64,000 bases of DNA from an uncultured Solirubrobacterales bacterium (GTDB lineage: Bacteria > Actinomycetota > Thermoleophilia > Solirubrobacterales > JBBDJG01): positions 622,909 to 686,908 of the forward strand of contig OY970293.1 of assembly GCA_963716195.1 (NCBI GenBank). Direction: 5' to 3'. Under the pieces are notes generated by a model, which worked only from the letters and a program-made list of their open reading frames with translations, had not been told where the DNA came from and made no database searches. The position numbers were made by a program, and so were the translations under genes. Below, one piece after another: positions 27,821 through 37,318 of the stretch (within the stretch, counting starts at the first letter, position 1; every line of letters starts with the position of its first letter).

Positions 27821-30073
27821 ATGTTCCGTCGGATCGGTTGTTTGCTGGCCGTCGCAGTTGCAACGCTCGCTGCTGCTCCGCAGGCATTTGCGTTGCCGCA
27901 GCATCGCGCTGACGGCAACCTCAGCGAGTGGGTCGGCGACCCGACCTGGCTCTCGGGCGAGACGCGCATCTCGCGCGGCGAGCTGATCCACGACGACTGG
28001 CTGTACGACGACTACGGCGCCGACCTCGACCAGGCGTCGAATCCGCCTGTCTTCCGCAGCAACCTTGCCCCCACACGGGGCGACTACCGCTATCCCACGA
28101 ACACGGGGCGCTACGGCTACAACGCGGCCGACCTGCGGCAGTTCAGAGTGGCGGCCACGACCCGCGGGCTGCACTTCCTCGTGTACCTCCAGACGATGAA
28201 GCAGCGCGACGCCGCTGCGGTCACGGTCGCGATCGACGACCGGCGCACTCGCGCGAAGACGAGCGTGTGGCCGGACGGAGCCGGACTCAACACTCCTCTC
28301 TCCGACTACTACATAACCTTCTGGGGCACCGGCGGCGTGATCACCGAGTCCACCGGTTACCGGGAGCGGCTCCGGGCGCAGGCTGTCAACCTCGCCGAGA
28401 ACGCGATCGAGGTCGACGTGCCCTGGACAGCGATCCGCAACATGCGAGGCAAGGCGCGCATGTCGATCGTGACCGGACTAGCCAACCCCACGGCCGGCGG
28501 GTACATGAGCGTCCCGGCCGGGACGCCGACGGGCACGTCGCCCGGCGGCGGAGCACCTGGATCGACGGCCGTCTTCGACCTCGGGTTCGACTCCACCGAA
28601 GTCGCGACCCGCGCGATCGGAAGTCACTGGGGCGAGGAGCGGCAGTCCGCCGCACTGTCCACGCTCGACATCTCCGAATACGGCTACGACGTCGACATCG
28701 ACGAGCTGCGCAAGCACGGGTCCGACAACTACACGCCTCAGGCCGGCCGGTTCTACAACCGCATCTTCCGCTCGACACAGGACTTCGGGGAGGGGATCGA
28801 GACCAAGCAGGGCAGCCCCGGCGGCAGCCCCGAGCCGATGTTCCTCTCGCGCCACCAGCCCTACGGGCTCTACATACCGACCGGCTACACGCCCGGCACC
28901 CCGGCGCAGCTCCTGCTCAACGGGCACTCGCTCGACGTCAACCAGAACGAGTACGCCGTTGTGTCGCCCAACCTGTACAGCCAGCTCGGCGATCAGCGTC
29001 GCAGCATCGTGGTGACGCCGCTCGCCCGCGGCACCGACACGTGGTACATCACCTCGGGCTTCAAGGACGTGCTCGAAGCCTGGGACGACGTCAAGGCTCA
29101 CTACAACGTGGACGACGACCGCACGCACATCGGCGGCTACTCGATGGGTGGCTACATGACCCACAGGATGGGCCTCCTGATGCCGGACCAGTTCGCGAGC
29201 GCGATTCCCTACGTTGGTCCGCCGGCCTATCAGCTCTGGCCATACCCGAGCCCGCCGCAGCCGTCGAGCGACTACCAGGTCGCGGGCCAGACGAACAACA
29301 TCGTCTTCAACGGCCTCAACCTCCCGTACGAGATCAACAACGGCGCGGCAGACGAGCTCGTGCCGGTCGCGGGAGCACAGCAGCACGCGGCCACCTTCCA
29401 GCAGTTCGGCAACCCGCACCTGTTCTACCTGTATCCGTCGGCCGACCACTTCGCGCTGATCGTGGCCGACGAGTGGGGTCACACGCGGGACTGGATGAAC
29501 CAGAACTTCCGGCGCAACGAGACCCCGACCGAGGTGCGCTACAAGCGCTATCCGTCGATGGACCTGCCTCAGTACGGGCTGCGCTTCGACGGCGCGTACT
29601 GGGTGGACGACATGGTGGTGCGCACGCCCTCGAACACGTGCACGCCCGGAGACTCTTCCTGTGAGCAGTCGTTCGGCCAGGTCGAGGCCTACAGCCAGGG
29701 CTGGGGTCGCAGCCGCTCCGTCGCGACGAACGTGAGCTTCGCGTATCCCGGTCCGCCCTTCCCGGCGGACGTCCAGGGCTCGACCCGGTCGGACACCTCG
29801 GTCGTGCGGCGCGACTTCTTCGACGCCAGCCTGGTGAACCTGAGCGGGATCTCCTTCGACATGGCCAGGATGGGCATCAACACCGACGCGGTGATCGAGG
29901 GCCACCTGACGGTCGGTGGTGCCGGGCCCGTCACGGTCAAGTTGAAGGGCAGCTTCGGACCGGTGAGCGCGACGCTCGACGGCCAGCCCGTGGCGGTCAC
30001 CCCCACCGTGGACGGGATTCAGATGACCCTCACGCTCACCTCGCAGCATGACCTGGTCCTAACGCCCCAGTAG
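27821..30073 (+). CDS. Secreted alpha/beta hydrolase (S9/esterase-like) with an N-terminal DOMON-like domain
   Basis: Signal peptide; DGNLSEW, NAADL; QPYGLYIP; GYSMGG nucleophile; DELVP and ADHF as the remaining triad positions. Confidence 0.75.
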   Translation: MFRRIGCLLAVAVATLAAAPQAFALPQHRADGNLSEWVGDPTWLSGETRISRGELIHDDWLYDDYGADLDQASNPPVFRSNLAPTRGDYRYPTNTGRYGYNAADLRQFRVAATTRGLHFLVYLQTMKQRDAAAVTVAIDDRRTRAKTSVWPDGAGLNTPLSDYYITFWGTGGVITESTGYRERLRAQAVNLAENAIEVDVPWTAIRNMRGKARMSIVTGLANPTAGGYMSVPAGTPTGTSPGGGAPGSTAVFDLGFDSTEVATRAIGSHWGEERQSAALSTLDISEYGYDVDIDELRKHGSDNYTPQAGRFYNRIFRSTQDFGEGIETKQGSPGGSPEPMFLSRHQPYGLYIPTGYTPGTPAQLLLNGHSLDVNQNEYAVVSPNLYSQLGDQRRSIVVTPLARGTDTWYITSGFKDVLEAWDDVKAHYNVDDDRTHIGGYSMGGYMTHRMGLLMPDQFASAIPYVGPPAYQLWPYPSPPQPSSDYQVAGQTNNIVFNGLNLPYEINNGAADELVPVAGAQQHAATFQQFGNPHLFYLYPSADHFALIVADEWGHTRDWMNQNFRRNETPTEVRYKRYPSMDLPQYGLRFDGAYWVDDMVVRTPSNTCTPGDSSCEQSFGQVEAYSQGWGRSRSVATNVSFAYPGPPFPADVQGSTRSDTSVVRRDFFDASLVNLSGISFDMARMGINTDAVIEGHLTVGGAGPVTVKLKGSFGPVSATLDGQPVAVTPTVDGIQMTLTLTSQHDLVLTPQ

Positions 30074-30126
30074 GGGGCTGCCCGCTCAACCTTTCCCGGC
30101 CCACCGCCGATTGAGCGAGTGGGCCG

Positions 30127-31671
30127 ATGGACCGGGCGCAGACGGGAGAGCACTCGCTGGCTGTTGGGCGGCCATGGTCTCGGGTCGAGCGCCGTGCGCG
30201 CACGAGCCGGGAGCGGCTGGCCTGGTGGATGGCTGCGGAGCTCGCAGTCGACGTCGTCATGCTCGCGCTCGCCTGGGTCGGGTTCGACCGCATCTTCTCC
30301 GTCTCGCCGCAGCCGCCTGACCCGGCTGTCTGGCATTTGATCTTCTCGGTGCTCCTGATCGCCATGGTCGCCGCCCGGGGCTTCTACAGGCCGCGGCTAA
30401 GGCTGCAGACGCTCGACGACCTGGCCGTGCTCGCGGTCGCCGGCGCAGCCGCGGCGATGACCGTCATCACGGTGCGGGTCCTGCTCGACGAGAACCCCTA
30501 CACGACCTGGACCGTCCACTACTGGCTGTTTGCGGCCGGGCTGCTCTCGGTGGGCCGGGGCGGGCTTCACGTCGCGCAGGCAAATGCCCGCCGGCGGGGG
30601 GAGGCGGTGCGCCGCACCCTGATCGCCGGCGCGGGCAGGATGGGCCATCTCGTCGCGCGCAGGCTGCTGGACCGCCCGAACCTCGGGCTGCGACCGGTCG
30701 GCTTCATCGACAAGGAGCCACTCGACGTGGGCAGTGACTCGGTCGGCCTGCCCGTCCTTGGAGCCAGCTGGGACCTCGACCGCATCATCGCCGAGCACGA
30801 GGTGGAGCACGTGATCGTTACCTTCTCGACTGCTCCTCATCACGTCCTGCTGGCACTGGCCCGGCGCTGTCGCGAGCTCGGCGCGTCGGTGTCGATGGTG
30901 CCGCGACTGTACGAATTGGGGGGCCGGCGCGTTGTCGTCGAGCATCTCGGCGGAGTGCCGCTCGTGTCCGTCGACCCCGCGGATCCGAGGGGTTGGCAGT
31001 TCGCCGTCAAGTACACGGTGGACCGAGTGATCGCCGGCGTCTTGCTCACCGTAATGCTCCCGATACTGCTCGCTGTGACGGTCCTGATCCGCTTCAGGAT
31101 GGGATCGCCGGTCCTCTACCGCCAGCAGCGGGTCGGCCGCGACGGCAGGCGCTTCGAGATGCTCAAGTTCCGCACCATGAAGGGCGACCCGGCGAGCGAG
31201 GGCGAGGCCGACGCGGACTGGGCGCGCGAGCAGATCGGCGCAGACCCGCACGACCAGTGGCCCTCGGCGAGGCCTGGGGCGAGCGCTCATCGCGGCGACG
31301 GATCGGCAGACGACAGACGGACGCGACTCGGCCGCATCCTGCGTTTCTTCTCGCTCGACGAGCTGCCGCAGCTACTGAACGTGCTGCGCGGCGAGATGTC
31401 TCTCGTCGGCCCCCGACCCGAGCGCGCGAACTACGTGCAGCGTTTCGAGTCCGAGATCTACCGCTACGGCGACCGCCACCGCGTCAAGTCGGGCATCACC
31501 GGGTGGGCACAGGTAAACGGCCTGCGCGGCAAGACTTCTCTGGCGGACCGAGTCGAGTGGGACAACTTCTACGTCGAGAACTGGTCGCCATGGCTGGACG
31601 TGAAGATCGTGCTCCTGACGATCTGGTGCGTGGTGCGCGGCCAGCATGAGAAGGATCCGTACGAGCTCTGA
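30127..31671 (+). CDS. Polyprenyl-phosphate sugar phosphotransferase (WcaJ-like priming glycosyltransferase)
   Basis: TM N-terminus, LIAGAG, KFRTM, SLDELPQLLNVLRGEMSLVGPRPE, GITGWAQV. Confidence 0.93.
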   Translation: MDRAQTGEHSLAVGRPWSRVERRARTSRERLAWWMAAELAVDVVMLALAWVGFDRIFSVSPQPPDPAVWHLIFSVLLIAMVAARGFYRPRLRLQTLDDLAVLAVAGAAAAMTVITVRVLLDENPYTTWTVHYWLFAAGLLSVGRGGLHVAQANARRRGEAVRRTLIAGAGRMGHLVARRLLDRPNLGLRPVGFIDKEPLDVGSDSVGLPVLGASWDLDRIIAEHEVEHVIVTFSTAPHHVLLALARRCRELGASVSMVPRLYELGGRRVVVEHLGGVPLVSVDPADPRGWQFAVKYTVDRVIAGVLLTVMLPILLAVTVLIRFRMGSPVLYRQQRVGRDGRRFEMLKFRTMKGDPASEGEADADWAREQIGADPHDQWPSARPGASAHRGDGSADDRRTRLGRILRFFSLDELPQLLNVLRGEMSLVGPRPERANYVQRFESEIYRYGDRHRVKSGITGWAQVNGLRGKTSLADRVEWDNFYVENWSPWLDVKIVLLTIWCVVRGQHEKDPYEL

Positions 31672-31783
31672 GCCGAGCCGTCCGCGGCCCTGCTAGTCCC
31701 TCAGGATCGCGCGCCACATGTCCGCGATCCTCTCCTGTTGAAGCTCGTGGCGGCGGTTGGCTCGCTCATCCGCGGTAGCGTCC

Positions 31784-31945
31784 TCATCGCTTCCCCACCG
31801 CATGGGCGCCGGCCAGCGTCATGCAAATGAACTGATTGAGGCTCACGCCCTCCTGTTCCGGCCAGTACCAACCGCGCGTGCAGGCTGGTCGGTACGCGCA
31901 GCCGAAACTGGCCGCTGTACGGACGCTCCGGTTCCTCGCGCTCAG
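31784..31945 (-). pseudogene. Frameshifted HicB-family antitoxin remnant (RHH domain)
   Basis: ERPYSGQFRLRVPTSLHARLVLA, then in another frame EQEGVSLNQFICMTLA. Confidence 0.7.
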
Positions 31946-32310
31946 GTTCGGCCTGTCCGAGTCGGTTCTCGAAGCGGGGGGTGTCCTTGGGAAAGACTGG
32001 TTCCGACATCGGAACCGCAGGTGATACCGACGTCCATGCGACTGCTCCGTGCATGAGTGAACGGACGGCTTGACCAGGAGAACCAAAAAAACGCGGGGAC
32101 CATCGAGATTCCGAGGGACACCTTCGAGGGTGTGCTGGTACCACCGCTGGGACCGGCGGCGGTACCGGTTGCCCGGGAAGGCAAGGGGTAGGCCGAGGGT
32201 AGGTCCGTCCTCGCCGCGTCGCTCACGCAAATTCAAGTAAATCCGCGCCTCGCTCGATAAATGATCTGAGCGCTCACGGCCTCTAGCCGTGCCCGATCCG
32301 CGAGCGAGAC

Positions 32311-33402
32311 TTGACTCAGAGCAACGGCTCCAGAAAGCAGACGCAAGTGCTGGTCATCGACGACGACCAGGACATGACGCGCATGCTGGGCCGCGTGTTG
32401 GAGCGGGCCGGCTACGAGTGGACTCTGGCGACGACGACCGATCAGGCGTCCGAGCTGCTGCAGACCGGACAGTTTCCGCTTGCGCTTTCCGGGCTGGAGA
32501 CTCCGGGCGAGCGTAGCCTCGAGCAGGTTCGCCACGTGCTCTCGAACCATCCGGACGTCGCCCTCGTTGTCGTCAGTGCGATCGACGATCCCGAGTTCGC
32601 CCGGACGGCGCTCGAGTGCGGTGCCTACGGCTACATCATCGAGCCCTTCACGCCCAGCGAGCTCGAGATCGCCGTCGCCAATGCATTGCGCCGGCACCAC
32701 CTGGAGATCGAGAACCGGGCGCAGCGCCAGGCGCTGGAGCAGATCGTGAAGGTGCGCACCGCCGCGCTCGAGCGCTCGGCTCACCAGCTCAAGCTGACTC
32801 GCGAGGAAACCGTGCGCCGGCTCTCTCGCGCGGTCGAGTATCGGGACGAGGAGACCGGCAACCACACCGAGCGCATGAGCCGCTACTGCGCGCTGATGGC
32901 GCGCCGCACCGGGCTCGACCCGGAGTCCGTGCGGATCGCCAGCGCGCTGCACGACGTCGGCAAGGTCGCCGTTCCCGACCACGTGCTCCTGAAGCCGGGG
33001 ATCCTCAACGACGATGAGCGGCGCGAGATGGAGCGCCATACGGAGGTCGGCTACCGGATCCTCCACGGATCGGGCAGCTCGCTGCTCGAGCTCGGAGCCC
33101 TGATCGCGTGGACTCATCACGAGAAGTTCGACGGCTCGGGCTATCCGCGTGGCCTTGTCGCTCACGAGATCCCGCTCGAGGGCCGGATCGCTGCGGTCGC
33201 CGACGTCTATGACGCGCTCACGACCCATCGCCAGTACAGGCCCGCCTTCCCGGCCGAGAAGACGCTGGCGATCATGACCGCCGAGCGCGGAAAGCACTTC
33301 GATCCGGACCTGGTGGACTACTTCCTCGGCTCCATGGACGAGGTCACCGAGATCCAGCACTCGTACGCGGACGACTCTCGCGAGCCTGCGCTCACCGTCT
33401 AG
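32311..33402 (+). CDS. Response regulator with an HD-GYP phosphodiesterase domain
   Basis: VLVIDDD receiver; ETGNHTER, LHDVGK, HHEKFDGSGYPRG, ADVYDAL. Confidence 0.93.
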   Translation: MTQSNGSRKQTQVLVIDDDQDMTRMLGRVLERAGYEWTLATTTDQASELLQTGQFPLALSGLETPGERSLEQVRHVLSNHPDVALVVVSAIDDPEFARTALECGAYGYIIEPFTPSELEIAVANALRRHHLEIENRAQRQALEQIVKVRTAALERSAHQLKLTREETVRRLSRAVEYRDEETGNHTERMSRYCALMARRTGLDPESVRIASALHDVGKVAVPDHVLLKPGILNDDERREMERHTEVGYRILHGSGSSLLELGALIAWTHHEKFDGSGYPRGLVAHEIPLEGRIAAVADVYDALTTHRQYRPAFPAEKTLAIMTAERGKHFDPDLVDYFLGSMDEVTEIQHSYADDSREPALTV

Positions 33403-33547
33403 CCGGCGGGTGAGATTTCGGTCCGCGTCGGGGGCCTCGGCTAAAGCGGCGCCGGGGAGCTGACGATGGTTGCTCGCGGTGCCCTCCCCGAGCTCCACAG
33501 CGAACCATCGCGCTCCTGGCGAGCTGGCGGGGCGGGTGCGAGAGCTG

Positions 33548-34744
33548 ATGCAAGACGAGCGTGAAGGGTCACAGCGCATCGCTGCCCGAGACGGGCTGAG
33601 CGATCTACCCTTCCGCACGGCCTTCGCCGGCTGGCCGCACGGCATGGCCATCGTCAGTCTCGACTCGGGCATGCGTGGTCGCTTCCTGGAGGTGAACGAC
33701 GCGCTCTGCACGATCACCGGGCATTCGCGGGCGCACCTGCTGGCGAGCGGCTTTCCCGCGGTCGCGCACGAGGAGGACCGCGACCGCTACGACGAGTTCC
33801 TGCAGCGCTCCGTCTCGGGCGAGGCCGCCGCAGCCGAGCTCGAGGCGCGGCTGATACGGGCTGACGGCACGATCGCATGGACCCACCTGGACCTGTCCGT
33901 CGTACGGAACGACAAGGACTCCGTGCTCGGGGTGGCGGAGTTCCACGACACCAGTGCCGAACACGAGACCGAGGATGGCGACGCGGAATGGGTCGGCAGG
34001 ATCCGCCGCGCCCTGGAGCGCAACGACTTCGTGCTGTTTGCACAGCCCGTGATGGACCTTCGCACGGGAGAGTTCACACGCTCCGAGATCCTGCTGCGCA
34101 TGCGCGGCGAGGAGGGAACCAAGGAGCTGATCGCGCCCGGGGACTTCCTCGAGGTGGCGGAGCGAACGGACTTGATCGGCGACATCGATCGCTGGGTGCT
34201 GCGCGAGGTGATGCCACTGCTGCGCGCCGACCAGCAACTGTTCGTCAACCTCTCCGCCCGATCGATCGGCGACCTCAGCCTGACGGGTGACATCGAGGCA
34301 ATGCTGGGCGACCGCAAGATCGAGCCTGGGAAGCTGACGGTGGAGATTCCGGAGTCTGCCGCCGTGGAGGACCTGCAGGCCGCCCGCCTCTTCTCCGAGC
34401 GCCTGCACTCCACCGGATGTGCGCTGGCCCTCGACGACTTCGGCACCGGCTATGGCAGCTTCACCTATCTGAAGCACCTGTCGATCGAGTGCCTGAAGAT
34501 CGACATGCAGTTCATCCGCGACCTCGTCCACAGCGAGTCGGATCGCCGCGTGGTGCAATCCATCGCTCGCATCGCCGACGACTTCGGGATCGAAACGATC
34601 GCCGAAGGGGTCGAGAACGAGGAGACGCTTCAGCTGCTGCGCGAGTACGGGGTGAACTACGCCCAGGGCTACCACCTCGGGCGTCCCGCGCCTGCGCCGG
34701 AGCTGCGATCGAGCGTGGCGCCGCCGGGCGTAATGCCCGGCTAG
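33548..34744 (+). CDS. PAS + EAL c-di-GMP phosphodiesterase
   Basis: PAS fold; QPV, EILLR, VNLS, ALDDFGTGY, LKID, AEGVE, QGY. Confidence 0.92.
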   Translation: MQDEREGSQRIAARDGLSDLPFRTAFAGWPHGMAIVSLDSGMRGRFLEVNDALCTITGHSRAHLLASGFPAVAHEEDRDRYDEFLQRSVSGEAAAAELEARLIRADGTIAWTHLDLSVVRNDKDSVLGVAEFHDTSAEHETEDGDAEWVGRIRRALERNDFVLFAQPVMDLRTGEFTRSEILLRMRGEEGTKELIAPGDFLEVAERTDLIGDIDRWVLREVMPLLRADQQLFVNLSARSIGDLSLTGDIEAMLGDRKIEPGKLTVEIPESAAVEDLQAARLFSERLHSTGCALALDDFGTGYGSFTYLKHLSIECLKIDMQFIRDLVHSESDRRVVQSIARIADDFGIETIAEGVENEETLQLLREYGVNYAQGYHLGRPAPAPELRSSVAPPGVMPG

Positions 34745-34747
34745 CGC

Positions 34748-35092
34748 CTAACGCTTCTTGGCGTCGACAGCTCGCTGCAGTTGGGACTTGCTCATGTTCG
34801 AGCGTCCCTCGATGTTGAGCTGCTTCGCCTCGTTGTAGAGCTGGTCGCGCGTCCGTCCGCGCGGGCCGCTGCGGCCCGCGCGCCGGCCGCCGCGCTGTCC
34901 TGACGACATGTCGCGTGTCGACGTGCGCGAGCGGGTCCGCGACTCGCCCGACCGTGCGCGCTCCTTGTTCACGGTGCGCGCCGCGATCTCTTCCGCGCGG
35001 CCTTCCGATGCGCCGCGCTGCCTGGTGCTCTTCTTTATGTGCCCGTACTGACGAGCACGCTTCGTGCCTTTTTTAACGCCACGGGGTGGCAT
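34748..35092 (-). CDS. Basic stress-associated protein with a C-terminal Rho_N-like motif
   Basis: KRARQYGHIK...AEEIAARTVNKERARSGE...TRDQLYNEAKQLNIEGRSNMSKSQL. Confidence 0.8.
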   Translation of the reverse strand: MPPRGVKKGTKRARQYGHIKKSTRQRGASEGRAEEIAARTVNKERARSGESRTRSRTSTRDMSSGQRGGRRAGRSGPRGRTRDQLYNEAKQLNIEGRSNMSKSQLQRAVDAKKR

Positions 35093-35102
35093 CCGAGACC
35101 TC

Positions 35103-35162
35103 CTAGAACAGGATGATCAACAGGATGACGATTACCAGAAGTGTTCCGAGTCCGATGTACAT
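35103..35162 (-). CDS. 19-aa single-TM microprotein
   Basis: MYIGLGTLLVIVILLIILF* with an AAGGAGGTGA RBS. Confidence 0.7.
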   Translation of the reverse strand: MYIGLGTLLVIVILLIILF

Positions 35163-35240
35163 GGTTCACCTCCTTCTTCAGCCACGGCGTACCCGCCATC
35201 GGCCCTGGATATGCGGCGAAATGGTCTAGTTTTGATGCCC

Positions 35241-36110
35241 ATGGCATTGGACAGCGAGCTGTGGCAGCAGGCAGAAGCAGCCGCGCGCGCGGAGCGTGCC
35301 GGCGGGCGGCCGAGCGAAAACGTGCCCGTGGTGCGGGTGCGCGGCGCGGGCGCCGAGCGCGCCACCGATGTCGTGGCGGCCGAGGAACCACTCGAGATCC
35401 GCCTCCAGGGCGAGAGCGTGGCCGTCACGATGCGAACGCCGTCACCGGGGCATGACGTGGAGCTGGCGGTTGGCTTCCTGACAGGGGAGGCGATCGTCGA
35501 CGCGGCCGCCGTCGCGCGCGTCAGCGAGTGCCGGTCGCCCGGCGGAGATGGCGGCATTGCGGACGTGTGGCTCCGGCCCGGTTCGACTCCCGCGGACGGA
35601 TGGCAGCGCAGCTTCTATGCGACGTCGTCCTGCGGGATCTGCGGCAAGGCGAGCATCGACGCCGTCCGGCTTGCCGCTCCAGCGGTGCTGGATGGCCCCG
35701 TTATCGACCGCGAGCTGCTCAACGGGTTGCCGGGGACGTTGCGCGCCGGGCAGCAGGTCTTCGAACGCACCGGTGGGCTGCACGCGGCGGGACTGTTCAA
35801 CGTGCGCGGCCAGCTCGAGCTCTCGCGCGAGGACGTCGGCCGTCACAACGCGGTTGACAAGCTCGTCGGCCGGGCGGCGCTCGACGGGCGCCTGCCACTG
35901 GCGCGGAGCGTCCTGCTGGTGTCGGGGCGCGCTTCGTTCGAGATCGTGCAGAAGGCCCTGCTCGCGGGCATCCCGGTCGTCGCCGCTGTGTCGGCGCCCT
36001 CCGGCCTCGCGGTCCGCCTGGCGCGCGAGTCGAACATGACGCTGATCGGGTTCCTGCGCGACGGCGGCTTCAACGTGTATGCCGGGGACGAGCGCATCGC
36101 CGGCGCCTGA
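35241..36110 (+). CDS. fdhD: Formate dehydrogenase accessory sulfurtransferase
   Basis: EEPLEI, TMRTP, SSCGICG, FERTGGLHAA, EDVGRHNAVDK, SGRASFE. Confidence 0.95.
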   Translation: MALDSELWQQAEAAARAERAGGRPSENVPVVRVRGAGAERATDVVAAEEPLEIRLQGESVAVTMRTPSPGHDVELAVGFLTGEAIVDAAAVARVSECRSPGGDGGIADVWLRPGSTPADGWQRSFYATSSCGICGKASIDAVRLAAPAVLDGPVIDRELLNGLPGTLRAGQQVFERTGGLHAAGLFNVRGQLELSREDVGRHNAVDKLVGRAALDGRLPLARSVLLVSGRASFEIVQKALLAGIPVVAAVSAPSGLAVRLARESNMTLIGFLRDGGFNVYAGDERIAGA

Positions 36111-36217
36111 GCCCGGCCGGAAGTCCGCAAACTCCGCAGTTCAACTGTCCCCACCGTCTCTCGAGGCGGCTATATTCGCCCCCCGTGCCCGAACGCAGCA
36201 GGAAGGCTGCGGCTCCA

Positions 36218-37252
36218 ATGAGGCCGAATGCCGCTCTCATCTTTCTCGCCCTGACGGGTGCTTTTCTCACCGTGCTCGCCGCACCGGCAGCTGCGGCACC
36301 GCCCGTCGCATCCTTCACAGCCTCGCCGGAGTTCCCTCGCAGCTACGACCCCGTGTCATTCACGTCGACTTCGTCGGACCCCGATGGGGAGCCGATCGAG
36401 GTGACGGAGTGGGACCTCAACGCAGATCCCGACTTCGAGGTAAGCGGGGCGACGGCATCCCGAGCCTACTCGCGTTCCAACACGTATCTCGTGCGGCTGC
36501 GAGTCGTGGCAGGCGGGGAAGAGTCCATCGCCGAGGGCACGATAACGGTGCTGAACCGGCCGCCCGAGGCGTCGATCGCCGCCATCCCCAGCAACCCGCT
36601 CGTGGGTCAGGAGATGACGTTCGTGTCCACGTCGAGCGACCTGGACGGGTCGATCGGGGGCCAGGCATGGGACATGGACGGGGACGGGTTCGACGACGGC
36701 AGTGACATCTACGCCACGAGGATCTTCACCGCCCCGGGGCAGTACACCGTTCGCCTGCTGGTGATCGACAAGGAGGATCCGCCGGCATCCACGGTGGCCC
36801 AGGCGATGGTGATCGTGGCGGCCGGCGGCGGTGGCCAGGTCATCGGTGCATCCACCCTCCGCTTGATGGCCCCGTTCCCGATCGTTCGCATGGCAGGCCT
36901 TGTCCGACGGAAAGGGATCAGGCTGCGCCTGCTGACCGTCAACGCGCCGATAGGGGCATCGATCACCTTCCGTTGCAAGGGTCGTGGCTGTCCGTTCAAA
37001 CGCCGCACGCGGATCGTCAAGGCGCCCAAGAGGAAGAGCGCGAGTGGACTTCCCACCGCGGGCCAGGTGCAGATCCGGCGTTTCCCGCGGCGCATCGTTC
37101 GTGCGGGTGCGTTCGTATCCGTCTACGTCACAAAGCCCGGATCGATCGGCAAGTACACGCGTTTCCGTGTCCGCAAGGGCCGCCCACCCGCGCGTCGCGA
37201 CCGCTGCCTCCCGCCCGCCGGGACGTCTCCGATTCCCTGCCCCGGGAGCTGA
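36218..37252 (+). CDS. Secreted PKD-domain protein with a basic C-terminal domain
   Basis: Signal peptide; PPVASF...SSDPDG...WDL and NRPP...SSDLDG...WDMDGDG. Confidence 0.8.
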   Translation: MRPNAALIFLALTGAFLTVLAAPAAAAPPVASFTASPEFPRSYDPVSFTSTSSDPDGEPIEVTEWDLNADPDFEVSGATASRAYSRSNTYLVRLRVVAGGEESIAEGTITVLNRPPEASIAAIPSNPLVGQEMTFVSTSSDLDGSIGGQAWDMDGDGFDDGSDIYATRIFTAPGQYTVRLLVIDKEDPPASTVAQAMVIVAAGGGGQVIGASTLRLMAPFPIVRMAGLVRRKGIRLRLLTVNAPIGASITFRCKGRGCPFKRRTRIVKAPKRKSASGLPTAGQVQIRRFPRRIVRAGAFVSVYVTKPGSIGKYTRFRVRKGRPPARRDRCLPPAGTSPIPCPGS

Positions 37253-37262
37253 CGCGCTTGAA

Positions 37263-37318
37263 CTAGAGGCCTGATGCGGGTTCTCCGCACGCACGGCCAA
37301 CCCACATCAAACCTCTAG
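37263..37318. terminator. Hairpin between convergent genes
   Basis: CTAGAGG..TGATG.GGGTT / AACCC.CATCA..CCTCTAG imperfect stem. Confidence 0.45.

Noticed and set aside
35228-35240. TTTGATGCCC resembling one end of the repeat family
   Set aside because: Only 10 bp match, with no partner end or central hairpin nearby
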